Shown in pieces: positions 1-14,740 of a DNA stretch of 64,000 bases. Origin of the DNA: Callorhinchus milii (lineage: Eukaryota). Position numbers and translations under genes: made by a program. Under the pieces are notes generated by a model, which worked only from the letters and a program-made list of their open reading frames with translations, ran no database searches and was not told the DNA's origin. The stretch spans positions 74,154,001-74,218,000 of the forward strand of contig NW_024704743.1 of NCBI RefSeq assembly GCF_018977255.1. Direction: 5' to 3'. Numbering within the stretch: position 1 is the first letter of the stretch; each line of letters opens with the position of its first letter.

Positions 1-139
1 CTACCAAAAATTGTAACATAAAGGAAGTAAATGTTTGTGCTGGGCTAGATATGCGGTTGAGCCAGATTTGGTGCCTGTTAAGTGTTTTTTTTTACACAGA
101 TGGTATATTTTTTAACCTGATAATATCATTTCTCTGCAG

Positions 140-284
140 AACCCCTCTGTTCCAATGCAGAAACTTCAGGACATTCAGAGAGCCATGGAGCTGCTCACAG
201 CATGCCAGGGCCCTGCCAAGAACCTAGAGGAGGCGAGTCAACACAGATATCACTTCTGGGACACCCAACCGGTACCCAAACTTA
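140..284 (+). CDS. NMT2: NMT2 coding exon (first in window; upstream exons lie outside)
   Basis: ctctgcag|AAC...CTT A|gtacgt; 145 nt; [63 protein letters not shown] is NMT2-type; FWDTQPV is a conserved NMT motif. Confidence 0.96.
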
Positions 285-984
285 GTACGTTTAGCACATA
301 TTCTGACTGGTCACTGTAGATATAGGAGTATTACGTTCTTGAGAAGCGTATAGATTCATCTCAACAAGTCCTTTGAAAGAGTGAGTTTCCTTTAACTGCA
401 CAAAACATCACCTAATTTATAGTCCCTTTTTACGTAAAATAAGCCTTTCAGAGAGCTTGACACAATAAAGCCACTAGACCACAAGGTCAATGGATGATGC
501 AATTTTAAAAAAAGTAAGGCGCAGTCACAGATTCAGTCCAACCCGAAGTTCATTAAGAGAAATCTATAATCAAAGGTGTTGTGGTATTACAGGGATTATT
601 CAGGTTTCCTGAAGTCATGGTGGAAATCTTTAAAAAAAATTATCCACATCTTGGGTGCAGACACAAGCCCCTCATGAAGACCCGAGCACATCTCGCCTGT
701 GCCAGCACAAATGGTTAGTGGTGCTAGATATCCCCATTATAACTGGATAGTAATTCCAAGATGCGTCATGAATTTGCTTTTGGTCCATAGATTTCTGTGT
801 AATAATAATAATCCTTGCATTTGATGCATTTAGTGACTCGGAAACATTGTTAGAAGGCAGCACCAAGAACAGCGAAAGGAGAATTTAGGAGGATTCTTTT
901 TCATTCAGAGAGTTGTTGGGATGTGAGCGCCCTGATGAGCAGGGTGGTGGAGGCTGATTCGATTGTGGCTGTAGATTTCTATGA

Positions 985-1399
985 TATAATAATGTATTTC
1001 ATGTTGGCAGGAATCTCAAAGCGTTTTCCAGGATTTATTATAACGTGACCGTATTTTGTAGGTGTTCGCCGCAGCCAATTTGTGCATAGCAATGTCCAAC
1101 AAAGAGCCATGAAGTAAATAAACAATTTTATTTGGGAATTTGTTGGCCAGGACACTGGGAGAAACTCCCTTCTCTTTTCAAATAGTACCATGGGATCTTT
1201 AACATCCACCTGAACAGGCAGACAGGATTTCGATTTAACATCTCACCCAAAGGACAGTGCCGCCCTCCAACAATACAACGCACCCACAGCACTGTGTTGG
1301 AGTATATGCCTGGACTATGGTATCATAGTCTCTACACATGGCTTCAATTCACAACTTCTAAGTCAGAACAAGAATTCAACAACAGAGCCAGGTTGACAT
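985..1399 (-). mobile_element. SacSINE1-like Deu-SINE
   Basis: Reverse complement colinear with 47668-48098. Confidence 0.85.
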
Positions 1400-1660
1400 T
1401 CTGAGAAGGCTCATATCAATGCTTTGTTCCATACATTTACAAATTCAATCTGGAGCTCAATTGATGGTTCAGTTGGCAAAACTAGTTCTCTCTCAGTTGT
1501 TTAGATCCTGGTCTGTACTGAGGTGGCTGATCTGTAGTGATAGAAGAGTCTTAAGAGCCTGAAAATGGCTGATAGATATGAAACTCAGATGGCATTGTCC
1601 AACTCTAAAATTCACAATGCTTTGTGAATCCAGCACAATGGACATCAGACATCAGACATA

Positions 1661-1829
1661 CAGTGAAATTCTGTTAATTAAATAATCAATTTGACAGCAA
1701 AAATTATTCAATAAACTATTCATATAAATGGACTAAACATAATAGGAGACTTATCTTCTGGAGCTCTAAATTCTATTCAATAAACCAAACCATTCAATTA
1801 TCCGATATTCAATTAACCAAATTTCGCTG
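1661..1829. mobile_element. Tc1/mariner (Tigger/pogo-like) MITE
   Basis: TA|CAGTGAAATTCTGTTAATT...AATTAACCAAATTTCGCTG|TT: imperfect 19-bp terminal inverted repeats starting CAG, with TA on the left flank. A similar left end occurs at about 46068. Confidence 0.65.
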
Positions 1830-2149
1830 TTGTCTTTATTTCAATACATGTGCAGTTTAAATTGTTTTAATGGGTACATTCTGGTGGGACGCTCTCCCGA
1901 CCTTGAAAGGCGCTACACAAATATAATTTTTGTTGTTGAAACTGAACAATCTTATTCATTAACTCCTTCCCATTGTACTGGATCCAACTGGACAAATTTA
2001 TGTTCCTGAGTTACCAGAAAATGTTTCCATTTCCTTAACTCCATTGACTGGAACCTACAGTATAATTCATTGGTATAGATATCTAAATTAAATATTTGAT
2101 GCACTGTATGAAATGTATTTTACAAACCATTTCCTTTTTGTCCTTGCAG

Positions 2150-2268
2150 ATGAAGTTGTGACAACTCATGGTTCCATTGAACAGGATAAAGAAAATATCC
2201 GCCAGGAACCATATTCTTTACCTCAGGGCTTCACTTGGGACACTCTGGATTTGGGCAGTTCTGAAGAG
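2150..2268 (+). CDS. NMT2: NMT2 coding exon
   Basis: ccttgcag|AT...GAG|gtttgt; 119 nt; (N)[39 protein letters not shown]; phase fits the previous exon. Confidence 0.96.
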
Positions 2269-2664
2269 GTTTGTGACTCAGATTATTGTGAACTAGAAAC
2301 ACGTCACATTTAAGGAAATATTCTCAAGGCAATTAATTATTTATTCGCTCGTGCCTTTTATTCTTGTGTATTTTTAACTATGACTCGCTTATTTGTACTT
2401 TCTCAAAATTATTTTGTCATTCAACTGTTTATCCTTTTCCAGCTGAAGGCAAAACAGTGTGGGTCATTGGCTTTGCCACAGTTCTTATCAATGGCAGATT
2501 CCTTTTTGGTAGGCATGAGGTGTGAGACTGGATGTCCCAGGGTACTAGGTTTACTAGGAGGTGTGAGACCTGTTTTTGAATCCAGCCTGGAATGAAGAGA
2601 CTGGTGTGGTTCTAACAAAATGAATGGGGCTAATTGCAACCTTGTTCTCAATGGATGTGAGCCT

Positions 2665-2900
2665 CCACTCCACCATCGATGGAAGCCACAATGCTCCGAA
2701 ACTGAAACTCTCGCTTAATCCCTCCGCCTTGTCCCTCCCTCCCCACCTTCAAATCCCGCCTAAAGACCTTCCGTTTTGATCATGCTTACGGTCACCTCCC
2801 CCTCCCTCTTCCCCGGCTCGTTTTCAGACTTCACCACTGTGAAGCGCCCCGGGATCGCTACCCTGCGTGAAGGGCACTATATAAATGCAAGTTGTTGTTG
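2665..2900 (+). mobile_element. L2 3' fragment
   Basis: CCTTCAAATCCCGCCTAAAGACCTTCC...GTGAAGCGCCCCGGGA...GTGAAGGGCACTATATAAATGCAAGTTGTTGTTG. Confidence 0.8.
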
Positions 2901-3883
2901 AGCCTACTCAACAAAGATACTAAATTGGACAGGCCGTAGAATAGTCCATGTGAAACATCACATTTGTGCAGAAAAGAGTGCGCGTCTGTCACTGAGTACA
3001 GAAAAGCACTCTGCACCGACCTGGGAGTACTTGACATGCTTCGTGTAAAAGGTATAATTTACTGGTTCCCTAGGATTGATATATCTTGCCTACAAGAGCA
3101 CAAATTTACCCAAATTTGCATAAAATAAAGTACTTCATTCCAGCATCTACTTCAAGCTCAACTCATGATAAGATCCCTCCATGATTAAAACTGCTTTGCT
3201 GCCCCCTTTCCTCACCTATATCAACTTTATAATAATGAGGTTTAATTGTTCACATCTATTTGACTGTGTGTTTATTTGTACGTTTGAGCTAAATAATTCT
3301 GAATGTGCACCCAATCTGTAGATTAGTTTTGTTCTTATTCCTTTCTAATTTTTTTTCTAACAATGCTCTTCCCGCCTCTGAGGATTTTGGCTGCTTTTTC
3401 CTTCTAACATGTACCTCTGTTGATAGGTATTAGTCGTGGGTGAACTTTGAGAGTGTCAGCAGCCTAGTCAACTTGGCAACTGACATTAATGTTATCCTTC
3501 ACGACGCCCCCTTACCGCCCTATCTCCTCCTGAGTAAGAGCAAGATCCCTGACTGATTTCCCTTGCCTAAATTGCAATGCTGTGCCAAATTTTAGTAACT
3601 AACTGGTGCCTGACTAATATTAGTTAATTCAACATATCAATCAATGTGAACCTGAGACCTTCCTACTTTGTGTGGGACAACCACTCACTGACTATATTCA
3701 CTAGTCATCTACCCATCAGATTAGCCATGGATTGTGCTAACCTTACTTTTTGACCACCTTTGTTGTATAAATGCATATTTCTATATATTTGACAGATTTT
3801 TAAATGAAATATTGAGTTTGGTGATTTGTATTCTGCACAGACCATCTATATCCTGTATTCTGTTTTTAAACTAAACTTCTTAA

Positions 3884-3994
<111 letters not shown>

Positions 3995-4104
3995 TGAGCA
4001 CACAATTCTACTTCAGTTTATTTTTTTCTTATTACAATCTTTGTTATCATTTGTGTTTTATTAAAAATGTGATCAGAATTGTTGATTGATGCATATGCTT
4101 ACAG

Positions 4105-4221
4105 GGCTCTTCGTCCACCAGGCTGGTTATCACAGTGGCACTGTGGAGTCCGAGTATCTTCAAACAGAAAACTAGTTGGCTTCATTAGTGCCATTCCCGC
4201 CAATATCCGTATTTATGAGAT
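4105..4221 (+). CDS. NMT2: NMT2 coding exon
   Basis: cttacag|G...AT|gtaggt; 117 nt, after a 111-nt intron; [38 protein letters not shown](I). Confidence 0.96.
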
Positions 4222-5164
4222 GTAGGTACACTGTCTGCTATATTTGTTTCAAATTTGCTTGTGTTAAGTTGCATGTTTGCTTCAGTAGCATGTTGTATAT
4301 ACTGAGAAGCTCTTCTTATTACTGAACTAAAAGTTGAATTCTGTAAAGTTACCTTTAGTTTATAAGTCCTCTTTATTTCAATAGTTTCTAACAAACCCAT
4401 GATATACAGTTCACAATACAATATGTGTCTTCACCCTATGCCAACATGCTACCAGTTTTGTGTTGTTCAACTGTTGCTGGAATTGTTGCCCTCACTTCCT
4501 CCCCCTTGTACCATTACTCATATTTCTAAACCAGATGGGAGTTCAGTTTTTCCAAATATTGTAAATGTGCTCGAGTTGGTAGTCAGAACCCACTTACCCT
4601 ATCTGATCCCTTCTCTATAGAAGAGCTCTCTGCCTGGACAGTGAACTGACTGGCTGTTCTCATTTGGAAGTGGTCCCTCAGCCTTGTAATATTTCTTTGT
4701 TCTTCACATTCACTCTAAACCAGACAAAACAAGCCTAATAAATACTCTCCTCAGCCCAGCAACTAACCCTGTATTTCCTCTATCCCCCCTCACTCTCCCC
4801 GAGAACTGGCCCTGCTCGTCCTGGGGCCAGGAACAGGACTGAAATGCAAATTCTGCACCATCCCTAAATCTCATTCCTTCCTCCTGCAGCCCCGCAGATC
4901 AGTCGTCTTATCTGAGCATCTGATGCACAAAGCACAAAGCAACATTTGTTGTGGTGATAAGAGTCTTGAGCTTGGATTTGTGCTACGGTTGGTATGGTAA
5001 CAGTAGCACCACGGCTGCCACCAGAGCCAAGATTCTTATTGATGCAAGAAATGCTAGTGTGGAGCATATGTTGATTGTAAATCCAGAAAATGAAATTATT
5101 TTGATGACGTGTTGACCACACTATGCACCCCACTTTAGTTTAGCAGAAGCAATACACATTTCTT

Positions 5165-5480
5165 AGAGAATTGTAGAACGATACAGAACTGAAATGGACC
5201 ATTCAGCCCAATAAACCTGAACAGGTGATTTTCTTCAGATAAACCGTCTAGTCTATTCCACTCCTACTCTCCCCTCATCTATTCTTATATTAAATATTAT
5301 TTTTCAAGCACGGATCAAATTCCCTTTTGAAAGAATTGATGGACTCTACTCGAAGAACAATTTCTGGCATTCCAACCACTTGTATAAAGAAATGTTTTCT
5401 AACCTCCTGTTTAATTTCTTCTGTGATCATCTTAAAGTTATACTTTCTCATGCTTAATCCACTGAGCAATAGAAAGAATC
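5165..5480 (-). mobile_element. Degenerate CR1 3' fragment
   Basis: Minus-strand translation VRKHFFIQVVG...SINSFKREFD resembles the CR1 ORF2 C-terminus, followed by CR1-type 3' UTR. Confidence 0.7.
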
Positions 5481-6362
5481 TATTACTATTTACCCTATTA
5501 TAACCCTGTTGTTGATACTCTGCTGTTTTGTGTGCTGACTTGCACTGTATAAACAAGCTGACTTCAGTTGAGTTTGCTGCTGTCTCATGTAATAACTTGG
5601 GAGAAGGTTGCCGGTTTTCAATTTTAAAAAAATTCAACAAGTAGATTTTTTAAAAATGTTTTTGCGATCTTTTCGATCACAGAAATGGCCAACTTCTGCA
5701 TTGTAAGATCAGTGCAGACATTACTTTATGTTGCACACATGTACTGAGCACAGGAAGTGACGTTAGCAGTGCTGCCTGCACATAGCAGCGTGTAAAATTG
5801 GTCATTCACTTCATGGCTATTTGTGGGACATTGCTGTACACAACTTGATTGTCGTGTTCGTCCACAAAACAACCACTACGCTTTCCAGTATATCTTGTAA
5901 AATGCGTTGGGATGTCGTCGTGATGTGTAAGGCGCCATACCAAATTTAAGTACGTATTATTGTATGTAGGAAGTGAACCCCTTGGTGACCGGAAGTCAAA
6001 CATTTTGTACTAAGCAAAATGACGTTTAACAATGGGATCTCATTTCCCCATTTGGGGAAAATTTGAAAACCCTGAAGAATACAGATTTGAAATTGGAAAC
6101 TGGCAAGCCTACTTATAATACGAGCGTGGGTTTCTTTTACAGAATACTGTAAATTAAATACTTTTCTTTATTTATATTAGACAATTCAATTTTGCATCAT
6201 GCCTGTGCAAAGATGCAAAATTATATTGTTTGTGTTTTTAAAAAATTCTAAACATAGGAAACATTACTTGATGTTCCACAGTAACCATTAGTTAAACAAA
6301 TGTTGGATTATGTTGACAAACAAATGAGATTTCAGTAGTCCTCCTCACAATGCCATTTTTAA

Positions 6363-6557
<195 letters not shown>

Positions 6558-6945
6558 TAGTGTATCTTTTTCTTCTAAATTGAAGTCGCCCACAAAATAC
6601 ATAGTCACTCCACTCACTATTTTACTTTTTCAATGATTAATTATTCTGTTTTCCCACTCTTTGTCTTAAATACCCACAATATTCTCCAGCTCAGAAGACA
6701 AATAGGCATAATGTCCCAACCCCTAGTTCTCATGACTACAAATACACAGTCACTATAATCAAGTCACTTTACAGTAAAATCCTGTGAAGCATTTTGAGAC
6801 ACTTCGAGTGCATGATAAGGCGCTGTCTTCAAATGCAAGGGTTATTATTATTATTGTTTTACTCACTCAGTCATTAAAAAGTGTGCAAGACTGGCTAGGG
6901 ATGATTTGCTTTACAATTTAGGAGAAGTGCCTGGATCCTACTTGA

Positions 6946-7630
<685 letters not shown>

Positions 7631-7774
7631 AACCCTTTTCTGCTTGGGTTCTTGTGGCCTCTTTTAAGTAATAGTCATTTTGGTGACAAATGTATTTTTT
7701 CTCATGTTCAAAAATGTACAAGATTATTTTTTTCTTATACTGAACACGGACAGGTTCTATATTTTGTTTTATTA

Positions 7775-7970
7775 TGCCCCGAAACTATGGAACTCTCTTC
7801 CTCAAACCCTCCTGCTTGCCTCCTCCTTCCCCATCTTCAGATCACACCTGAAGACCTTCCTCTTTGACCGCGCCTACGGTCACCTCCCCCATCTTCCCAG
7901 CTCGGCATCAAGCTCCGCTGCTGTTCAGCACTCCGCATGAATGGCACTATATCAATGCAAGTTGTTATTG
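7775..7970 (+). mobile_element. L2 3' fragment
   Basis: APKLWNSLPQ...FRSHLKTFLFDRAY is an L2 ORF2 C-terminus; tail GGCACTATATCAATGCAAGTTGTTATTG. Confidence 0.8.
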
Positions 7971-8239
7971 TAAGAGAAAAAATCTTAGTCTAACAGGTCC
8001 TTTATGGTTTATAAAATGCTAGAAATGCATTTTTTGGCCTTCAGTACAGCATTCTTTACCACATAAATACCTATTATTAAATATAACTGTTCTGTGGTAA
8101 ATGAGCAAAATGCTGTTGTGGTAATTCCTGTCTTAATTCCAAGCCATGGGCTCAGAGTAACATAAGAGTATGAAGTGAAGCTAAAGCGTAGCTTGGTTAG
8201 CAATGACCTTAATGAACTATAATATTTCTCTTTTGCTAG

Positions 8240-8410
8240 ACCCCCAAAACAGCAGGTTTGAGGCCAATGGAGCAAAAGGATATAACACGGGTACAAGAGC
8301 TACTTCTAAATTATCTCAAGCAGTTTGAGCTTGCACCAGTGATGAGTGAGGAAGAGGTTACCCACTGGTTCCTGCCACAGGAGAACATTATTGACACTTA
8401 TGTGGTAGAG
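8240..8410 (+). CDS. NMT2: NMT2 coding exon
   Basis: ttgctag|ACC...GAG|gtaatc; 171 nt; [57 protein letters not shown]. Confidence 0.96.
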
Positions 8411-11400
8411 GTAATCCAATGCTGTTGTGTGTGTGTCTGTATATTTAATACTACAAAGTATGTCCTCTCCTTCCCTCACATCGCCAATGTTATACATTCT
8501 GTTTGATATTTTCTGTCTTGATTTACATGTGAAAAATAACTAACTGCACAGTAGGCCAAAGGGTCAGTGTCGCTCATGGAACTGTGCCCACAATGTAAAT
8601 TATTGCCTTTCGGATAGGAAGGGAGAAAACAAAAGTGGCAGAGAAATATACACTTATTTTTTAAAAAATGAAAATATATAAAAAAATGTGAGTATGAGTT
8701 CGCTTATAACAGTGGTGTCTAGTGGTCGTGTGTTAACCAGAGTCGTGGGACATCTAGTTTCTGGTGCTGAAAAGTGTTTGATGTTGTCAGATCACTGCTG
8801 GCGTGCTTTCCTGTGTGTTGCACACTTTGCACACGAAGCTTCACTGAGCACATATGCAGGAAGAGGCGTGAACATCAATTCGTATGTGCTACACAGGAAG
8901 CACTGCTGACATCACTTCGCGAAGGAAGGAAGCACACGCAGCAGTTTGCAGCTCGCAGGAAATGATATTAGTGATGCTTGGTGCATGCGTGCAGAACACA
9001 CAGGAAGCGACGTCAATGAAGACCTGGCAGCCCAGAAGTTAGCTATTTTGGTTTCACACCTAATTTACAACACAGTTGCTGAGATATTGGGCCCAGACAA
9101 CTACACTATATCAGTGTTACCCTGAATTAATAGTTTCAGATAGGAATGGGATATTGGTATATCTAGATTATCCATTGAATTTCCCAAAAGATTTCTTGAA
9201 TACATCTATCTCATCATCTAATAACTCTGGGAGGAAAAAACAGTTTTATGTTTCACACTCTTGGGGGCAGTATTTTGGATATTAACTGAGAAAGTACTTT
9301 AATATAATCTGAATCTGGTTTGTTTCTTTCAAAAACATTGACACTTTATATTTATGTGCAAAAGGACATATACTGGAAATCTGGCCCCACTCTCACCAAA
9401 GGCATAGTAGGTTGTGAATGTTGTCAGAACAACAGGGGTAAATACTTTCAAGTAAGCTTTAGCAACACATTTGAAAAGCAAATACTTCACTTCATAGAGA
9501 ACACAGGGTACATTTGTTTGCATGTTGGCTCCCGTACACTATCTTAATGCTGTGCCAGTAATATTGAAATGGACTGAATTGTGAATTGTATATAGGTCCA
9601 TTAAGGAATCCAGCAGCATCTCTGCACCAAAATGGGGAATATTATAATTGTTCAAAAATGTAATGAATATGATGCACTTGTATAATATGGGTAGTGCAGA
9701 AAATAATTTGTTTGTAGTAATATAGTTTTTTTAAAAAAATGCCTGCCTTGAAAAGTGCAAACAACGTTTGTCTAGTGGCAAAACCCAGAAGAATGACTTA
9801 GTAAATTTAAGCCTGTTTTCATCAATTCACAGTATTTGAGTTTTATTCATCTTTTAGTTCTATCTGTATCATGCAGTGGAATGCTAATCGTTTCACAATA
9901 TGGTAACTTTCACTGAATTATCGCCAATGTTTAGGACAATCTCTTTATACAGAATTAGTCAAAATGGTAAATCAAAGCAGTTGATATTCTCTGTGTATAG
10001 ATGGTGCAAGAGTGAGGTTAGACTGTTGGATATTTATACATATGAATTGTTAGAATGTATAAATGTAATTTAAAATTCTGCAGGTAGCTTTGATCTGTAT
10101 TACCTATCTCTAGGCAACTGTGGGGTACTGTTCTGTGAGCTTGTTTTTCCCATACTCCTGTCGGCGTGAGGTTAGACTCTGAGGTCCATGGATTGCTGTG
10201 AAGTTAATGTAGACCTGTGATTTATGCAAGATTCTGTGCTGCACAATAGGATAACTAGTGCATCAGTATCGCTTAGCAGTAATAACAATTGGAAGGATTA
10301 TATTTTTAAAGGAGGTTATAGAAGAGTGCAAAATGCTTTATCTTCTCTCACCAACATAACAGATCTCCAACATAGGCAAGTCAGGTAGAATCTAATACTT
10401 TTGAGTGCCTATGAGTAATAATAATCCTTGCGTTTGGTATAGCGCCTTATCACGGTGGAAGGACATCTCAAAGCGCTTTGCAGGATTTACCTTGAAATGG
10501 AGTGACTGGGTATTTTGTAGGCGAATGCGGCAGCCGGTTTGCGCTCCAACAATGCAACAGCTCCCCAGCATCTGCTTGAACTAGGTGGGTTCAAATCCCG
10601 ATGTGGAGCTTGGACCCACAACCTTTTAACTCAGGTGGACGTGTTTGCCACTGTTCCAAACTCAACTCTGGGAAATAGCCTGTGGGATTATTTTTGATAG
10701 TGAATACTATTAATATTATGAGAAGAAAGGAAGAATTTGCATTAATCACATTAGCCTCAAAGTGGTTTTATAGTAATTACTATTTGCTGTAGTGACTCAT
10801 TTTGTTGGCAAATATAGCAGCTATTTTGCACACAATAAAATCTTATAAACCGCAATAATATGAATGACCAATTAATCTGGAGAATTGGAAGAAAGTCTCT
10901 GCTCTTTGTGAACAATGTCATGGAATCTTAAACATCCACCTGAGGAATAGACACATGGGACATCTGTTTTAATTATTTCTATATTAGCCAGAAGCAATGT
11001 GTTTGGTACCTGAAATTATGGCATATTAAAATTGTTATGGGGTACTATGCTGTGTTAATCATAAAATATGACTTTAATCCAAAATGTTTGAAATTAAGAT
11101 TCTTGATTAAGATCAAGCACATATTTCAAAGATCATTAGTTATGATCTACAAATACTCCAAGGGATATGATGGTTTCTGTGCAGCATTTAGGTGGGGGGG
11201 CCAGGGATTAAGAAGAGACTGTTGTCAGTGGAGCGAAGCCAGCCCTGGTGTAATAGAAGATAAATATTTGGAGCATTAGCTTGGTTATCTTTGAGGGTCA
11301 GGGAGCATCGACAGAGCTTTCCCTGAGGAGATAAAATGGACGGCTTAAATCCATGTTAGGTAGTCTGTGATATACATGGTCCTTGGAAGGAGTTTACTTC

Positions 11401-11835
11401 ATGGGCTAAACTGGCCTTTTCTTTTTCATGTTTTCTCCCATTCTGATATCTGTAAATTTTGCTTCCACGTTAAATGCCAATGACTTTTTTATGAAGTGGC
11501 TGTGTGAAGTTACTGATTCAGCAATCTTGTCTTACTGTATCATTTCCACCCAGTGACTATGCTGTACCATGCCTCTCAATGTCACCAGTCCTCTCTGCTA
11601 ATAAGACCTTTAGTGGTTTATTTTTGACTGGATTCTAAAAGCACTGATGGCTATTTTATTTTCTACCGAATATCTATGGAACTATCCTAATGTTTTCATA
11701 GCTACAATTTTATCTTCAGATTTGTTTTTTGTAAAAGATAAAACCTATAAACCGCAAACCAATGTTTAAAATGAGTTTTAACGTTTCCCTAGGTTGGACT
11801 CTCCTTTGAGTTAAACAATTGGTCTTTTTTTGCAG

Positions 11836-12003
11836 GGTCCTGATGGTGTGGTGACGGATTTTGTGAGCTTTTACACTCTACCTTCCACAGTTGTGCATCA
11901 TCCTGTTCATAAGAATCTTAAGGCTGCCTATTCCTTCTATAACGTTCACACTGAGACCCCACTCCTCGACCTTATGAATGATGCACTAATAATTGCAAAA
12001 TCG
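11836..12003 (+). CDS. NMT2: NMT2 coding exon
   Basis: ttttgcag|GGT...TCG|gtaaaa; 168 nt; [56 protein letters not shown]. Confidence 0.96.
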
Positions 12004-12654
12004 GTAAAACTTGTTTCTTAACTTTTCATTGTTTAATCTTTGGAAATATATCAAGGAAATAAAATTAGTCCTAATATAGTTTAATCAGTTTGCTCCAATA
12101 GTGTGACAAAAAGGTTCCAAGGACAACAAATTATCTGCGATACCGTTTTGCAAACATAGGTTCTGTAGTACTGAGCAGCTTTGTGGTTGATTGCTGTAGC
12201 GTTAATCGATACACTATTTGTTTGTAGAATGAAAAACATCTTAGATGCATATGGCTCTGAGACTAGTCTCAAACATGTTCAAACTGGGCACTGACCAAAG
12301 TGGTCCGAATTTGTCCGTTTCAGATATATTTCAGAAGGTACAAATTTGGACCCAAATCTGACTACCTGTGATTGGCTATGCATTTACCAAATAATAGCAA
12401 TTCCTGTTATTTACCGCCACTAAGATGGAGTCTTCTGATTTTATTTTTAAATATTTGATCACTGCTAGTTGAGTGTTTTAATACCAGCTACTGCGTGGCA
12501 ATCAAGTAAAACTCGGGAAGTCTCACAGATTCAAACCTCTGAGGAGATGAGAGGGCACCCAGTAGGATGTAAAACTATCTTCTATCAAACAGTTGGAAGA
12601 TGCAACTGTGAAACAGTTTCAACCACACCCAGCTGGAGAGGATTAGGCACCATC

Positions 12655-13000
12655 CGCAGTTGAAGGCGACCTGATATCTTCAAAATAATGAAAGGTTATG
12701 ATAGGATAAATCCTAATAAATTACTTACACTAGTTGGCGAGTCAGTAACAAGGGAGCTTAAATTTAAAATAATCACAATAATTAATAAATAAGTTAGAAA
12801 TATCCCTGTACATAGGGTTGCTGGAATTTCAGTTCTCTGCCACAAACTGTTGTTGAGGTGAATTCTTTCAAAAGACCAGATGAATGCATGAAAAAGTGTA
12901 TTCACAGTGGGAAGAGATTAGGTGGGTCATGCAGAGAAAAATACCAGTGTAAACTTGATGGGCCAAATAGCCTGTTTCTGTGCAGTATCTGTCTATGGTT
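12655..13000 (+). mobile_element. Degenerate CR1 3' fragment
   Basis: GGCGACCTGAT...TTCAAAATAATGAAAGGTTATGATAGGATAAAT and GATGGGCCAAATAGCCTGTTTCTGTGC resemble the 3' region of the CR1 copies in this window. Confidence 0.7.
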
Positions 13001-13727
13001 CTGTTTTTTGGTGTTTATACATCTACGTACACAGGCAATTGGACAAAAATGCAATTATGCTTTCTTTAAAGGGGGTGGGAATTTAGATGAGCACATTATG
13101 TTCAAAGCACTCATCAAGATGTGGTAGAAAGAAGTACCGATAAAGGAGGCAATAAATAACTTGAAATCAGACTCTGTCAATAAACGTGCCTCTCTGAATA
13201 AATCTTCACAATATAATGTTGAGTGAAGCCACGGTATGTTTACGTTTCCTTCGTGGAAGTCATAGTACCACAGAACAAATGTATCTAATTATATACTTGG
13301 AAGCTGGAAAATTCCATTGACACTTACTCCTCCGGGGTGAGAGATTTTCCAGCTTGAACTGGAAAACAAAACGACTCGCAGAATTGTCTTCCTGTTTATT
13401 CTCCAGTTCTCTAGTCCAGTATTTGATATTCCGGTTACTTCCTGCAACTTCATAGTTTCTTATTTACAGCATTTAACATACCCTCTTATTCTGATTCAAA
13501 ATGGTCATCTTATTTAGTCATTTTCAGGGATTTGATTCCTTGTAGTAAAATTGAACTTGCTTGTCCTTGAGATACGACTCACTTGAACTTGTGACAAGTG
13601 AGTGGTTTTAAGGTGAGTTAAAACAAAAAGTTATTCAGCAAGCAAGGAATCATTTAAATTTATTTTCCAACATTGATGCCAACTTGTGATTTCCATCATT
13701 CAATTGTGCTTCTTACTCCTTTTACAG

Positions 13728-13865
13728 AAAGGATTTGACGTATTGAATGCACTCGACCTAATGGAAAATAAAACATTCCTAGAAAAGCTGAAGTTTGGTA
13801 TGGGTGATGGCAATTTACAGTACTATTTGTACAATTGGAGGTGCCCAGATATGGAACCTGAAAAG
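13728..13865 (+). CDS. NMT2: NMT2 coding exon with the KFGxGDG signature
   Basis: tttacag|AAA...AAG|gtgagg; 138 nt; [46 protein letters not shown]. Confidence 0.96.
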
Positions 13866-13904
13866 GTGAGGAATGTTAACTTCCACATCACAAATACAGT
13901 ATCA

Positions 13905-14445
13905 CAACAATAGCATTTATATAGAGCCCTTTACGTAAATGGGGTCTTGGATTGCTTATCAACGACGTAGAGCTTGATGCCGAGCCGGGGAGTGTGGGGT
14001 GGTGACCATAGCCACCGTCAAATTGTAAGGTTTTCAGATGCAATCAGATGCATTCTGAAGACGGGCAAGGTGGCAGCAAGGCAGAGGGATTGAGGCAGAG
14101 AGTTTCAGGGCGTAGTGGCTGAAAGCACAGCTGCAATGCTGGAGTAGAGGGAACGAGGATCATGTAGAAGGCCTTATCCAGCCGAGCATAGGGGACTGGT
14201 AGTGGAGTGGGGTGTAAGCAGGTTCGATAGGTAATGAAATCCTAGACGTTGAAATGATTTATAGGCAAATGTGAGGATAAAGAGCCAGTGAAGCCTGGCT
14301 TGGACCTGGGTGATGGACCCGTCAACTTTGGTGTGGGTGAGAATACAGACGGGTGTTTTTGAATCAGTTGGATTTCATGGGTGGAGGAGCTGGGGAGGCC
14401 AATAAGGAAGGCATTGGAATTGAGGGGGAGGTGACAAATACATGA
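13905..14445 (-). mobile_element. Older L2 fragment in the last NMT2 intron
   Basis: ACAACAATAGCATTTATATAGAGCCCTTT tail and a purine-rich body colinear with the other L2 copies. Confidence 0.7.
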
Positions 14446-14740
14446 ATAGAAATTTCAGTTGCATTGGGTAACAATAGTTATTACATTTACTGCTGTAATG
14501 AATTTGTTAAGAATTAACTTATGTTTAATTGTTTGTATGTATATTAATTTGTTCCTGAGTTGTGCTTTGTTGTCTGGTAATATATAATTCATAAAGCATA
14601 TTTGAGGAGAGCTGATTTATAGTAGTAAGTACAGTAATTTGTTAAAGCAATTTTATTAAATCCTCTGATCCACTTACTTTTGTACATCTACACATCTGAG
14701 TGTAGGCTTTTGAGAGAATCCAGTTTAGCAAACAACTTAA

